A stretch of DNA of 64,000 bases from the NCBI GenBank assembly GCA_900617105.1, contig UYFQ01000001.1, positions 2,418,001 to 2,482,000 on the forward strand, read 5' to 3'. The translations under genes and the position numbers were made by a program. Shown in pieces: positions 1-9,727 of the stretch (the first letter of the stretch is position 1; the number at the start of each line of letters is the position of its first letter). This DNA comes from Hydrurus foetidus (taxonomy: Eukaryota). The notes beneath the pieces were generated by a model. That model saw only the letters and a program-made list of their open reading frames with translations, ran no database searches and was not told the origin of the DNA.

Positions 1-852
1 GGGCAGCGGCTTTAAGGCGTGGCCATAAATCACCTCAAACGTGAGCGATAGCCGCCCATCCGCGCCTACTGCCAAGTGCCGGGAAAGCGCGGTTTCAAGC
101 TGCTTGCGCCAGGCTCGGCCCCGCAAAGCGGTAAATCGCGCGGGGTGAAAATTGCGCCCCAGCTCGGCCAGCTCAGCCAACAGGCGCGCGGGCGAATCGT
201 AAGTCAAGGTGATGCGTTCCATGTCCATCACCGGCTCAGCAAAACCAGCCTGCACCAGCATGTCTCCCCAATCGTGCATATCGGTCAGGTCATGCCCGGC
301 GGGCGGCCACCCCAACTGTTGGTACACCCGGCGCAGCTCTACAGCAGTGTCTGGCCCTAGGCATGAAAACATTAAAAACCCGCCCACTCGCAAAGCTGCA
401 TGCCACTCGGCCAGCAACGCCTGCGGCGCGGGCGCTTCGTGCAGGGCCATGTTGGCCCATAGCATGTCGACTGCGCCCGGTGGCGGCGCTTCAAAGCGGG
501 TTTGTTTTTGACCCAGCCCGACCAACTTCCACCACGGTTTTGCTATTTTTTCAATAGCTGCTTGCGCCCGTTTTAATTGGCTTTCAACCACAAAACATGC
601 TGATTTGGGGTACTTTTTAGCCAATTCGGCGTGGTTGTCGAGCCCTCCGCGCACCGCCCCCCAGTGGGCCCAGGCCTCAGGTTGCAGCTTGATCCATTGC
701 AGGCGGTCGCGCATGCGGCTGGCCACCTCTTCATGCAGCCACGGCGAGCTGCTGGGCGCAATGCGCTGCCAGCGCGCCACCGCAGTCGCGTCGAGGGTGG
801 GGGGCGCTTGGTCGGCGGCAGCTTGGGGTAAAAGCGTTGGGGGGGAAGGCAT
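1..852 (-). CDS. BioC-like SAM-dependent methyltransferase (3' end runs off the window)
   Basis: Hand translation from ATG at 852 is open to base 1 (WLHEEVASRMRDRL, DMLWANMALH, GGFLMFSCLGPDT, DMHDWGDMLV, TFEVIYGHA); divergent from comF, as is usual in Betaproteobacteria. Confidence 0.8.
   Translation of the reverse strand, partial: MPSPPTLLPQAAADQAPPTLDATAVARWQRIAPSSSPWLHEEVASRMRDRLQWIKLQPEAWAHWGAVRGGLDNHAELAKKYPKSACFVVESQLKRAQAAIEKIAKPWWKLVGLGQKQTRFEAPPPGAVDMLWANMALHEAPAPQALLAEWHAALRVGGFLMFSCLGPDTAVELRRVYQQLGWPPAGHDLTDMHDWGDMLVQAGFAEPVMDMERITLTYDSPARLLAELAELGRNFHPARFTALRGRAWRKQLETALSRHLAVGADGRLSLTFEVIYGHALKPLP
541..589 (+). repeat. Family-1 ~49-bp dispersed repeat, in-frame inside bioC-like CDS
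   Basis: Matches by-eye consensus TGCTAY-N7-ATAGCTGCTNGCGCCCGTATTTATTGGGCTASAGGC; reads ESQLKRAQAAIEKIA. Confidence 0.8.
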
Positions 853-960
853 ACTGGGCGGTGCGAAGCGCACGTTAGCCAAGAGTATATTGACTACCTC
901 GCTGTGGCTCTGCGCCCTGCGCCTACAACCTCACCCGACAGCTAAATTTCGCATCTTCAA

Positions 961-1734
961 GTGTTCCGTCTTACCGTTAACCGACTTTTTCAACAATTCG
1001 GCTTGTCGCCGCTGACCCACAGCCTGCCCAGCCAGTGCGCGGTGTGCAAAAGTTGGCCCGCCGAACCGATGTGCGAGCCGTGCGTGGCGCGATTTTGTTC
1101 GCGGGCGCAGCGCTGCAGCCAGTGCGCTGTGGCCCTGCCCGCTGATTTATCGCTTGGCCAGGCCAGCCCGCGCAGCGTTTGCTTTGACTGCATCAAACAA
1201 CCACCGCCGGTAAATAAAACGCTGGTAGCCGTTGACTACGCCTACCCATGGTCAGCGTTAATCACGCAATACAAATTTGCAGATCAACCCGGTTGGGCCG
1301 AGTTTTTCGCTAAATTAATGCTGGCCAACCCCGCTATTGGGCAGGTGTTTGACTCGCTTAGCCCAAGCGACGTGATTTTGCCAATCCCGCTGGCGACGCA
1401 GCGCCTGCAAACGCGCGGTTTTAACCAGGCGTGGGAGCTGGCCACGCAGTTAGCGGCGCAGTCTGGCAGCCAAGGCAAAACCGACGCTACTTTGCTTTGG
1501 CGGGTTAAAAACACCCCGCCCCAAACCCAGTTAAAACGCCAGGCCCGCATGGACAACGTGCGCGGTGCATTTCAAATCGACCCGCTGCGAGCTGCCAGCC
1601 TGGCGGGCAAGCGTGTGGTGCTGGTCGACGACGTGATGACCAGTGGCGCATCGCTTTTTACGGCGGCAGAAGTGTTGCGCGCTGCGGGCGCGGTGCACAT
1701 CACCGGCGTGGTGCTGGCCAGAACGCCGCTCTAA
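961..1734 (+). CDS. comF: ComF family protein (zinc finger + phosphoribosyltransferase domain)
   Basis: CxxC pairs, RGFNQA, VVLVDDVMTSGAS PRPP-binding motif. Confidence 0.9.
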   Translation: MFRLTVNRLFQQFGLSPLTHSLPSQCAVCKSWPAEPMCEPCVARFCSRAQRCSQCAVALPADLSLGQASPRSVCFDCIKQPPPVNKTLVAVDYAYPWSALITQYKFADQPGWAEFFAKLMLANPAIGQVFDSLSPSDVILPIPLATQRLQTRGFNQAWELATQLAAQSGSQGKTDATLLWRVKNTPPQTQLKRQARMDNVRGAFQIDPLRAASLAGKRVVLVDDVMTSGASLFTAAEVLRAAGAVHITGVVLARTPL

Positions 1735-1746
1735 ACTCGGCAGCTT

Positions 1747-2217
1747 ATGTTCAACATTGTTCTAGTCGAGCCTGAGATTCCGCCCAACACCGGCAACGTG
1801 ATTCGGCTGGCCGCCAACACGGGCTGCCGCCTGCATTTGATCGAGCCGCTCGGCTTTTCGATGGACGACAAACAAATGCGCCGCGCCGGTCTGGACTATC
1901 ACGAGTACGCGCCAGTCACCCGACACAGCAACTGGTCGGCCTTTTTACTGGCACAAACCCCAGACCCTGCGCGCGTGTTCGCCATGACCACGCGCGGTTC
2001 GCGCAACTTGTATGAAGTGGCTTTTCAAAGTGGCGACTGGCTGGTGTTTGGCTCAGAAACCAAAGGCCTGGCGCCAGAATTGCGGGACTCGTTTGACGCC
2101 GCCCAACGCTTGCGCTTGCCCATGCAGCCGGCTCAGCGCAGCTTGAACCTGTCTAACGCAGTAGCCGTGACGGTGTTTGAGGCGTGGCGACAAAACGGCT
2201 TTGGCAGCGCCAAATAG
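1747..2217 (+). CDS. trmL: tRNA (cytidine/uridine-2'-O)-methyltransferase TrmL
   Basis: PEIPPNTGN, RAGLDY, FGSETKGL, RSLNLSNAVAV. Confidence 0.95.
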   Translation: MFNIVLVEPEIPPNTGNVIRLAANTGCRLHLIEPLGFSMDDKQMRRAGLDYHEYAPVTRHSNWSAFLLAQTPDPARVFAMTTRGSRNLYEVAFQSGDWLVFGSETKGLAPELRDSFDAAQRLRLPMQPAQRSLNLSNAVAVTVFEAWRQNGFGSAK

Positions 2218-2247
2218 CGCCCCAGCAAGCCGCCGCAAAAAGAAACG

Positions 2248-2703
2248 CTACGGGTAGCGGCGCACCAAAGATTCTGCAATGCACACCGGCTTGGCTTCGC
2301 CTTCGCGCTCCACCACCACTTCCCATGTCATTTGCACGCCGTTGTTGTCGATGGGCTGGCTCGAGAGCAGCTTCATGCTGGCGCGCAAACGGCTGCCTAC
2401 CGGCACGGGCGCAGTAAAACGCACCTTGTTCAGCCCGTAGTTCACGCCCATGCGCGAGCCCACAATTTCAAACGACGATTCAAAAAACTTGGGCAATAGC
2501 GACAGCGTTAAAAACCCATGAGCAATGGGCGCGCCAAACGGACCCTTGGCCGCTTTTTCAGGGTCAACATGAATCCACTGGTGGTCGCCGGTCGCATCAG
2601 CGAACAAATTGACTTGCTGCTGGGTAATGGTCAGCCAGTCACTGACAGCTACCACTTGGCCCACGCAGGCGCTCAATTCATCTAGGGTTTGAAACGTTTT
2701 CAT
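2248..2703 (-). CDS. MaoC family dehydratase
   Basis: FADATGDHQWIHVD, IAHGFLTLSL, NYGLNKVRF; start reassigned to ATG 2703. Confidence 0.9.
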   Translation of the reverse strand: MKTFQTLDELSACVGQVVAVSDWLTITQQQVNLFADATGDHQWIHVDPEKAAKGPFGAPIAHGFLTLSLLPKFFESSFEIVGSRMGVNYGLNKVRFTAPVPVGSRLRASMKLLSSQPIDNNGVQMTWEVVVEREGEAKPVCIAESLVRRYP

Positions 2704-2731
2704 GTTTTGATTTTTACTATTGGTTTTACTT

Positions 2732-3349
2732 TTATTTGTCCAGCCACGCGCACAAGCCGCGCCATTGCTCCAGGTCTTTTTCCACCCGGCCCGGCGCAAC
2801 GTCAAACAAGGTCAAGCCGCGTGCCGCCAGGTGAATGTAGTTTTGCGTGTCGCGCACCATGCCAAGCACCGGCAGACCCAAGCTGTCGACAAAGCCGCGC
2901 AGTTTGTCGGCGGCTAGCGTTCGGGAATCCACCCGCATACCAACGATGCCGACTTGCACTTTGCCCGCATGGCGGTGCTCGGCCAACTGGTCTAAAAACG
3001 TGCGCGTAGCAAAAATATCGAACACGCTGGGCTGCAGCGGCACAATGATTTTGTCGGCCAGTTTGATCACATCGTTAAAACGCCAGCCGTGCAGGCCGCC
3101 GGGCGTGTCGAGCACCACATGCGTGGTGCCTTTGGGCGGCTTGACAATCAAGTCAGCCGTCACGTCCCACGTCGCAATCGGCCGCGCGGCGGGTGGCCGC
3201 AAGCCCAGCCACAAGCGAGACGACTGCTGGCGGTCGGCATCGCCCAGCATCACCGCGTGGCCTTGGCTGGCAAAGTAGCCCGCCACGTTGGTAGCAAGTG
3301 TCGATTTACCGACTCCGCCTTTAGGATTGGCAATCACGACCACTGGCAT
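2732..3349 (-). CDS. ParA family ATPase
   Basis: NPKGGVGKST deviant Walker A, DADRQQS, LDTPGG. Confidence 0.9.
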   Translation of the reverse strand: MPVVVIANPKGGVGKSTLATNVAGYFASQGHAVMLGDADRQQSSRLWLGLRPPAARPIATWDVTADLIVKPPKGTTHVVLDTPGGLHGWRFNDVIKLADKIIVPLQPSVFDIFATRTFLDQLAEHRHAGKVQVGIVGMRVDSRTLAADKLRGFVDSLGLPVLGMVRDTQNYIHLAARGLTLFDVAPGRVEKDLEQWRGLCAWLDK

Positions 3350-3469
3350 ACCGGGCTCCTTTTTGTAGGTGTTTGAAACTTCTGCAGCTTTTTCTATTAT
3401 GGTAGCGCCAATGGACTGGCTTAAAAACCAGCATTTGGTTAACACTTACCCGACTTACCCGATTTGTTC

Positions 3470-5326
3470 ATGGAAAACTCACCCGCATGGCTGATTAACA
3501 GCCTGATTTATCTGGCCGCTGCCGTCGTGGCCGTGCCGATTGCCAAAAAGCTCGGCCTGGGCTCGATCATTGGTTACCTGGCGGCAGGCATAGCCATTGG
3601 CCCCTGGGGCTTAAAGCTCGTCACCAACGTGCAAGATATTTTGCATTTCGCCGAATTCGGCGTGGTGCTGATGTTGTTTTTGGTGGGGCTGGAGCTGGAG
3701 CCCAAGCGATTGTGGGACTTGCGCCGCCCCATTTTCGGCTGGGGCAGCGCGCAAATGGCGCTGTGCACGGCGGCCATCACCGGCGTGGCCATGGCTTGTG
3801 GGGTTGACTGGAAAATTGCCTTGGTTGCTGGCCTCGGCCTGGCGCTGTCGAGCACAGCGATTGCATTGCAGGCGATTAATGAGCGCAACCTGATGCCCAC
3901 CAGCAGCGGGCAGGCCGGGTTTTCGATTTTGCTTTTTCAAGACGTAGCGGCTATCCCAATTTTGGCTTTATTGCCGCTTTTAGGCGTTTTAGCGGGCTCA
4001 AATGAGGCTGTAGCCCAATCAAATCGGGCGCTAGAAGCTATTAAAATAATAGCGGTTATTGGCGGCATCATTTTGGGTGGCCGGTTGCTGCTGCGACCGG
4101 TGCTGCGCTGGATAGCCAAAAGCGAAACACCTGAAATTTTTACGGCGGCGTCGCTGCTGCTGGTGGTCGGCATTGCCGCGCTGATGCAGTTTGTTGGCCT
4201 GTCGATGGCGCTCGGCGCGTTTTTAGCAGGCGTGCTGCTGGCGGAAAGCGAATATCGCCGCGAGCTTGAAACCGATATTGAGCCCTTCAAAGGCCTGCTG
4301 CTGGGCTTATTTTTTATCGCTGTGGGCATGAGCATTGACTTCGGCGTGTTGCTGCAATCACCGGGCTTGATAGCCGCGATTTTGTTCGGCTTTTTGGCGC
4401 TGAAGCTGGTGGTGCTTTACGGCATTGCCCGCGCCATGAAGATTCCTTTTCAAGAACGCCCGGTGTTTGTGGTGCTGCTGGCCCAAGGCGGCGAATTTGC
4501 TTTTGTGGTGTTTCAGGCGGCCGCTGGGGCCAGTGTTTTTTCAATGCAAACGTCGTCACTGCTGATTGGCGCTGTGGCTTTGTCAATGCTGATAACGCCG
4601 CTTTTGCTGATTGTGGTCGATCAATTTCTTTTGCCGCGTTACGTCAGCCGCGGTGCTACTTCAATGGCCGAAATATCAGAGATGCAAACCGCGTCAGTGA
4701 TCATCGCTGGCTTTGGCCGCTACGGGCAGATCATCAGCCGCATGCTGCAGGCGCAAGGAACTGTGCCAACTTTGCTCGACCACAACGCTGATCAAATTGA
4801 AACTGCGCGCGCCTTTGGCTACCGCGTGTTTTACGGCGACGCCACACGCCTTGACTTGCTGCGAATCGCGGGCGCGGGCACAGCCAAAATTTTAGTGGTG
4901 GCCGTAGACAACGTAGAGCAATCTTTGAAGATTGTGGACATCGCCAAGGCGCATTTTCCGCAACTTCAAATAGTAGCCAGAGCCCGAGACGTTGTGCACT
5001 GGAACCAGTTGCGCGACCGCGGCGTGACGCTGGTGGAGCGCGAGCTGTTTGAGGCCAGCTTGAAAAGTGCCAGAGCTGTGCTCGAGCTGCTCGGGCAATC
5101 AGCCGACCAAGCCTGCGAGAGCGCAACACGTTTCAGGCAGCACAACATTGCACTGGTTGAGCAGTTTTATCCGCACTACAAAGACCGCGCCAAAGTGATT
5201 GCGGTGGTCAGGCAAGGCCGGGCTCAGCTGGAGCAGCAATTGGCAAAAGAGCGGGAGCAACTTGCCAATAAAGCGACTGAAGATACTGCCGAAAAAGCGA
5301 AGTCGTCACCCACGCCTGAAAATTGA
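3470..5326 (+). CDS. kefC: Glutathione-regulated K+ efflux protein KefC/KefB (CPA2 + TrkA-N)
   Basis: ILHFAEFGVV, LALSSTA, FQDVA, IEPFKGLLLGLFF, GFGRYGQ, FYGDATR. Confidence 0.9.
   Translation: MENSPAWLINSLIYLAAAVVAVPIAKKLGLGSIIGYLAAGIAIGPWGLKLVTNVQDILHFAEFGVVLMLFLVGLELEPKRLWDLRRPIFGWGSAQMALCTAAITGVAMACGVDWKIALVAGLGLALSSTAIALQAINERNLMPTSSGQAGFSILLFQDVAAIPILALLPLLGVLAGSNEAVAQSNRALEAIKIIAVIGGIILGGRLLLRPVLRWIAKSETPEIFTAASLLLVVGIAALMQFVGLSMALGAFLAGVLLAESEYRRELETDIEPFKGLLLGLFFIAVGMSIDFGVLLQSPGLIAAILFGFLALKLVVLYGIARAMKIPFQERPVFVVLLAQGGEFAFVVFQAAAGASVFSMQTSSLLIGAVALSMLITPLLLIVVDQFLLPRYVSRGATSMAEISEMQTASVIIAGFGRYGQIISRMLQAQGTVPTLLDHNADQIETARAFGYRVFYGDATRLDLLRIAGAGTAKILVVAVDNVEQSLKIVDIAKAHFPQLQIVARARDVVHWNQLRDRGVTLVERELFEASLKSARAVLELLGQSADQACESATRFRQHNIALVEQFYPHYKDRAKVIAVVRQGRAQLEQQLAKEREQLANKATEDTAEKAKSSPTPEN
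4006..4054 (-). repeat. Family-1 repeat, in-frame inside kefC
   Basis: GGCTGTAGCCCAATCAAATCGGGCGCTAGAAGCTATTAAAATAATAGC; reads AVAQSNRALEAIKIIA. Confidence 0.8.
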
Positions 5327-5398
5327 TTTGAGTCAGTCCACAAGCACGCTCAAAGCGACGAAAAACAGCTAGAAAGCCTGATTTTCAATACCGAATAG

Positions 5399-5447
5399 GG
5401 CTGTAGCCCAATAAATACGGGCGCGAGCAGCTATACATTAAATAGCA
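5399..5447 (-). repeat. Family-1 repeat, intergenic
   Basis: GGCTGTAGCCCAATAAATACGGGCGCGAGCAGCTATACATTAAATAGCA. Confidence 0.9.
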
Positions 5448-5511
5448 ATTTCAGGGTCGCGAAAACTTGCTGGCTGGCCCTACTTCAGCCTACCTACTTC
5501 AGCCTACCTAC

Positions 5512-7671
5512 TTACCGGGCCTTGTCCGCTTCGCGCCGACGCTCGTCCATCAGCCGCCGTTCAACGCAGGCGGGGTGCTGGGCAAACGCGGGCTTGGCGC
5601 ATTGCTCGGACATGCAGCTTTGAAAGCCGAACATGACACGGTCTTCGCACGCAGCGCGTGGCCCGCCACCACCGCCCGTTGATGCGGCGGTCGCGGTTTT
5701 AGGTTTTGGCGGCGCGGGAGTAGCTTCGCTGGTTACAGTGGTCTCGCTCTTGGCCGGTTTGTCTTTTTCTGGCGTCGTTTTTTTGGCGGCAGCAGACGCC
5801 GCTTGCCGCGCCGCATAAGCTGCCTGGCGCAGTGCAGCGCTGGCCGGTGTGATGGGTTTCGGTGCAACAGATGCCGCAGCGCTGGCGGCAGAGCTGGCGA
5901 TGGCCAACGGCGTAGCCAACCCAGCCGCCCCTGACGCCGCTGTAACGGTTGCTGCACTTGCTGCACTTGCTGAATTGGCAGATGCCTCAGCGGCCGGCAA
6001 TGATGCCGATGCAGTGGCTAATTTGGCTCCAGAATCAACGCCCTTGGCCAGCACCGCCGTTTCGCCTGGCCCCAAGCCCATCGCGCCGAAAGACGCCGAA
6101 GCTGAGGATGCCGCCGACGCTGCCGTTGATGACGCAGCTGATGCAGCTGTCAATGCGGCCGGTGGTGCGCCCGTGTCAAGAGGTGCTAGGGTGCTGGGTG
6201 ATCGCAGCTTCAAGCCGATACCGGCTGCCGCCAACACGGCTGCGCCAAGAACCGCCCACAGCACCCGGTGGCTCTTGGCGGGTATCGGTGCGACTTTCCC
6301 AGCAGCAACGGCAGACTTCGAGCCCAAGCCCGTGCCTGAGCCCGACGCCGACTTCCTGGGAGACTTGATTAAAGTGCTGTCAGCACCAACAGCGCCGACA
6401 GTACCCACAGACGCCGCAGAACCCAAATGTGGACTGGCTGAGCGCACATCGGCCGGGGCCGATGCGCTGGGCGCCGCCCCACCGCCACGCGGAGCCAACA
6501 CGGTTTCGTCCGTAGAAGCGTCCGCATCCGACTTGCTTTGCGAGTCAGACGTGGGCACCACGCCCATTTGCCGCAAGCGGCGGCGCGCCAGGTCGGCGTA
6601 AATGCCCGACGGAAATTTATACAAAAACTGCTGCAAGTCGTCGACGTCTGCCGAATCTTTAACGTCTTTCCAGTACACCAGCTCAACTTCTTGCGAGACG
6701 ATGGATGTGCCCGCGCTGGTGCCCGACGTGCTGATGCCAGAGCGCGACGCGATCAGCGATTCGCTGGCCAGCATGGTCGCGGTCCAGGTGGCGGTGGCGC
6801 CGCGTGCGGGCACTACGCCAGCGGGCGCCACGGTAGCGTCACTGGCATCTTTGCTGGCCAGCGCCAGCGCATCGGCGAATTCATCAGCACTTGAAAAGCG
6901 CTGGCCACGTGACTTTGCCAGAGACTTTGCCACCACGGCGTCCAACGTAGGCGGCAGGCCGCGGTTGTGAAACGTGGCAGCTGGCGGCGTGAGTGAGACG
7001 ATGTTTTGAATCACGGCAAAGTCGGTGTCGCCGTCAAACGGGCGCTTGCCGGTCAGCAGCTGGTAGAGCACCACGCCAGCAGCAAACAAGTCGGCCCGCG
7101 CGTCAATCGGGCGGCCTTCCAGCTGCTCAGGCGACATGTATTTGAGGGTGCCGACAATCGAGCCCTGCGTGCGCGTGACGTCGCCAGAGTCTTGAATACG
7201 CGCAACGCCAAAATCGGCCAGCTTGATTCGCCCATTGGCCTGCATCAGCAAATTGGCGGGCTTGATGTCGCGGTGCACAATTTTTTGCCTGTGTACGTAG
7301 CTCAGCGCCGACAGCAGGTCTGTCATGATGCCGAGCGTTTGCGCCAGCGTATACACCTCGCCCTTGTCCAGGTGATGCTTCAGGTCGTCACCTTCAACGA
7401 ACTCCAGCACCAAAAAGGCGATGTCGCCGTCGCGGTCTGAGTCGTACACGCTGACGATGTTGGGGTGCTGAAGGCGCGCTGCTGAATGGGCTTCAGTTCT
7501 GAAGCGAACTTCATATTCTTTGGCGGCCTCGTCCGACAGGTTGTCAACCTTGATCGTTTTGATCGCCACGCGCCGATTCAAATTAGGGTCGCGCCCCTCG
7601 TACACCAGCCCCATGGCGCCTTTGCCCAACACGCGAATCAGGTCATAACGACCGAGTTTTTTAAGGCTCAT
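5512..7671 (-). CDS. Hanks-type Ser/Thr protein kinase with TM helix and Ala-rich C-terminus
   Basis: LGKGAMGLVY, VAIK, HRDIKPAN, DFG, GTLKYMSPE. Confidence 0.95.
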   Translation of the reverse strand: MSLKKLGRYDLIRVLGKGAMGLVYEGRDPNLNRRVAIKTIKVDNLSDEAAKEYEVRFRTEAHSAARLQHPNIVSVYDSDRDGDIAFLVLEFVEGDDLKHHLDKGEVYTLAQTLGIMTDLLSALSYVHRQKIVHRDIKPANLLMQANGRIKLADFGVARIQDSGDVTRTQGSIVGTLKYMSPEQLEGRPIDARADLFAAGVVLYQLLTGKRPFDGDTDFAVIQNIVSLTPPAATFHNRGLPPTLDAVVAKSLAKSRGQRFSSADEFADALALASKDASDATVAPAGVVPARGATATWTATMLASESLIASRSGISTSGTSAGTSIVSQEVELVYWKDVKDSADVDDLQQFLYKFPSGIYADLARRRLRQMGVVPTSDSQSKSDADASTDETVLAPRGGGAAPSASAPADVRSASPHLGSAASVGTVGAVGADSTLIKSPRKSASGSGTGLGSKSAVAAGKVAPIPAKSHRVLWAVLGAAVLAAAGIGLKLRSPSTLAPLDTGAPPAALTAASAASSTAASAASSASASFGAMGLGPGETAVLAKGVDSGAKLATASASLPAAEASANSASAASAATVTAASGAAGLATPLAIASSAASAAASVAPKPITPASAALRQAAYAARQAASAAAKKTTPEKDKPAKSETTVTSEATPAPPKPKTATAASTGGGGGPRAACEDRVMFGFQSCMSEQCAKPAFAQHPACVERRLMDERRREADKAR

Positions 7672-7820
7672 GGCAAACACACAGTGAACACAGCGACCCA
7701 ATGAAACAATAGCAATTTAATACGCGCTTGTAAGCCTACGTATTATCTGCGCTTGGCCCTGTGTGACTTACCAAAGCCGGACGCCGCACCTGCTCTCGCG
7801 CCACAGTACAGGGAAGAAAA

Positions 7821-8711
7821 TCAGCTTTTTAGTGAAAAAGTAATCACTGGCGCGCCCTCATCGCCTAGCTCGCAGCCCGGCACGATGTGACCGGTACCAG
7901 ACAAATAACACTCGGTGCGGCGCAGCAAAACCCCATCACTCGGGCTGCCCAGGTACACCCAAGTGCCGTAGCTCGATGCATCGGTCAGCACAAAATTGCC
8001 GCCACGCCAGGCCAGCGTGGCATGCAAGCGGGACACACGCGGATCGTTGACGGGCAACCCCGCATCAAGCGCCCGCCCGATGGTGAGCTGCCCGGTTTGG
8101 GCCTTGCACAGCACTGTTTTGCCACCAAAACCAAGCTCCAAACTGACGGCTTTGCTGGCGGTGTACATCGACCGGCCGGCCATGGTGGCTTCTTCATCGC
8201 GCCCGGCTTGCCACTCAACCCGGTACACGTGGCTGGCCTCGGCCCGGCCGCGCAAATACATCGGCCCCAGGCTGCGCAGCAGCATTTTTTGAAGCGGCAG
8301 CAAAGCAGACCAGACGTTTTCAGTCGTCAATATTTGTCCGCCACCCGCCAGGTCGGCCAGCCGGGCAGCCGAATTGACGGTGTCGCCAAAGCAGTCGCCG
8401 TTTATTTCAACCACCTCGCCCGCGTCCATGCCAATCTGCACTTCGATGGGTGCGCCAGCGCCGCCTGCAATCAGCGGTGTGTCAGCCAAGTTTTTTTGAA
8501 TGCTGACGCATGCCGCCAACGCGTCGCCACCGCTTTGAAAGACAACAAACAGTCCGTCGCCGAGCAACTTGACGACCCGGCCTTGGTGCTGCTCAAACGC
8601 GCGCTGCAAGTCTTTGGTCAGCTGCGTGACGAAAGTAGATGCGGCCGCATCACCCAACCTTTCATACAGGCTGGTGCTGCCAACAAGATCAGCAAATACA
8701 ACGGTGCTCAT
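7821..8711 (-). CDS. Adenylate/guanylate cyclase domain + FHA domain protein
   Basis: VFADLVGST, VKLLGDG, GDTVNSAARL; FHA motifs IGR, VSRLHA, SSYGTWV. Confidence 0.9.
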   Translation of the reverse strand: MSTVVFADLVGSTSLYERLGDAAASTFVTQLTKDLQRAFEQHQGRVVKLLGDGLFVVFQSGGDALAACVSIQKNLADTPLIAGGAGAPIEVQIGMDAGEVVEINGDCFGDTVNSAARLADLAGGGQILTTENVWSALLPLQKMLLRSLGPMYLRGRAEASHVYRVEWQAGRDEEATMAGRSMYTASKAVSLELGFGGKTVLCKAQTGQLTIGRALDAGLPVNDPRVSRLHATLAWRGGNFVLTDASSYGTWVYLGSPSDGVLLRRTECYLSGTGHIVPGCELGDEGAPVITFSLKS

Positions 8712-8791
8712 GGGCAGAAAATGTCAAGCGGAATGAAAGATCAATGGTGCACAAGGCATGGCGCGAAAAGCTCGGCAAACCTTAAGCAAAC

Positions 8792-9547
8792 TCAAGCAAA
8801 GCCGTCCCACAGCAGCTTGCAGCCCGTCGCCAACATGCCGCCGTACAGCACCCGGTAAAACACGCGCTGGCTGACGTGCCGCGCTATGCGCACACCGGCC
8901 CACACACCCACTGGCGCCAGCGGCAGCAGCACCAGCGAAGTGCTCAGGTTGCGCATATCCAGCAGGCCCAGCCAGGCATAAGGAATCCATTTGGACAAAT
9001 TCACCACGAAGAAGAAAAACGCCATGGTTGCAGTGAATTTGACCGGCGACAGCCGAAGCGGAATCACATACGCGTTGATGGGTGGGCCACCCGCGTGCGC
9101 CACAAAGCTGGTAAAGCCAGACGTTACAGCCAGCAGCGCGCCCAGCCATTTGGGCGGCGGCGCGCTGCCTGGCCGGGGCGGAAAAAGCAGGCGCTGCGCC
9201 AAAAACAGCAGCGTAAATGCGCCCACAATTGCCGCCACGGCCTGGGCGTTCAACACCTTGAAGAGCAAAGTGCCAACCGCCGTGCCCACCAGACCAAAGG
9301 GCACTAAAAACCGCAGTAAAGCAGGGTCAAAGTCTTTGCGAAAAGCCGCCATGCCGAGCAAGTCCATCAGCAGCAGCACCGGCATCAAAATGGCAGCGGC
9401 TTGCGGCACTGTGATGGCAAACGCCATCAGCGGTACCGCCAGTGAGCCAAAGCCCGCGCCGAACCCGCTTTTGCTAATGCCCAGCAGCAGCACAGCGGGC
9501 ACGGCCACCGCGTAAAAAAGTGGGTCAGTGATCACTAGGTAACTCAA
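8792..9547 (-). CDS. Sulfite exporter TauE/SafE family membrane protein
   Basis: GISKSGFGAG, HAGGPP, many hydrophobic segments. Confidence 0.85.
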   Translation of the reverse strand: MSYLVITDPLFYAVAVPAVLLLGISKSGFGAGFGSLAVPLMAFAITVPQAAAILMPVLLLMDLLGMAAFRKDFDPALLRFLVPFGLVGTAVGTLLFKVLNAQAVAAIVGAFTLLFLAQRLLFPPRPGSAPPPKWLGALLAVTSGFTSFVAHAGGPPINAYVIPLRLSPVKFTATMAFFFFVVNLSKWIPYAWLGLLDMRNLSTSLVLLPLAPVGVWAGVRIARHVSQRVFYRVLYGGMLATGCKLLWDGFA

Positions 9548-9640
9548 CCATCATGCGAATGCCGCTGACGAAGCCTGCTGGCGCCCAACCGAGCTAATGG
9601 TAGGCAGGGTAGCAAAAAATGATGGTGGATACAAGTCAAT

Positions 9641-9689
9641 TGCTATTAAATAAAGAGCTATTAGCCCCTGAATTCATTGGGCTAATCAG
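9641..9689 (+). repeat. Family-1 repeat, degenerate
   Basis: TGCTATTAAATAAAGAGCTATTAGCCCCTGAATTCATTGGGCTA. Confidence 0.65.
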
Positions 9690-9727
9690 GTAAATGGCGC
9701 TGAAAAAAGAACGAATCGCCCGGCGTG

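Noticed and set aside
3380..3428. Possible 17th family-1 repeat upstream of the parA-like gene
   Set aside because: Too degenerate to support by eye.
5480..5515. 14-bp tandem repeat CCTACTTCAGCCTA at the kinase stop
   Set aside because: About 2.5 copies; simple slippage duplication with no evident function. The 11-bp duplication near 10537-10564 is similar.
5849..8858. Long antisense ORFs (5849-6601, 7887-8858 and similar ones elsewhere)
   Set aside because: Shadows of real genes on the opposite strand in GC-rich DNA.
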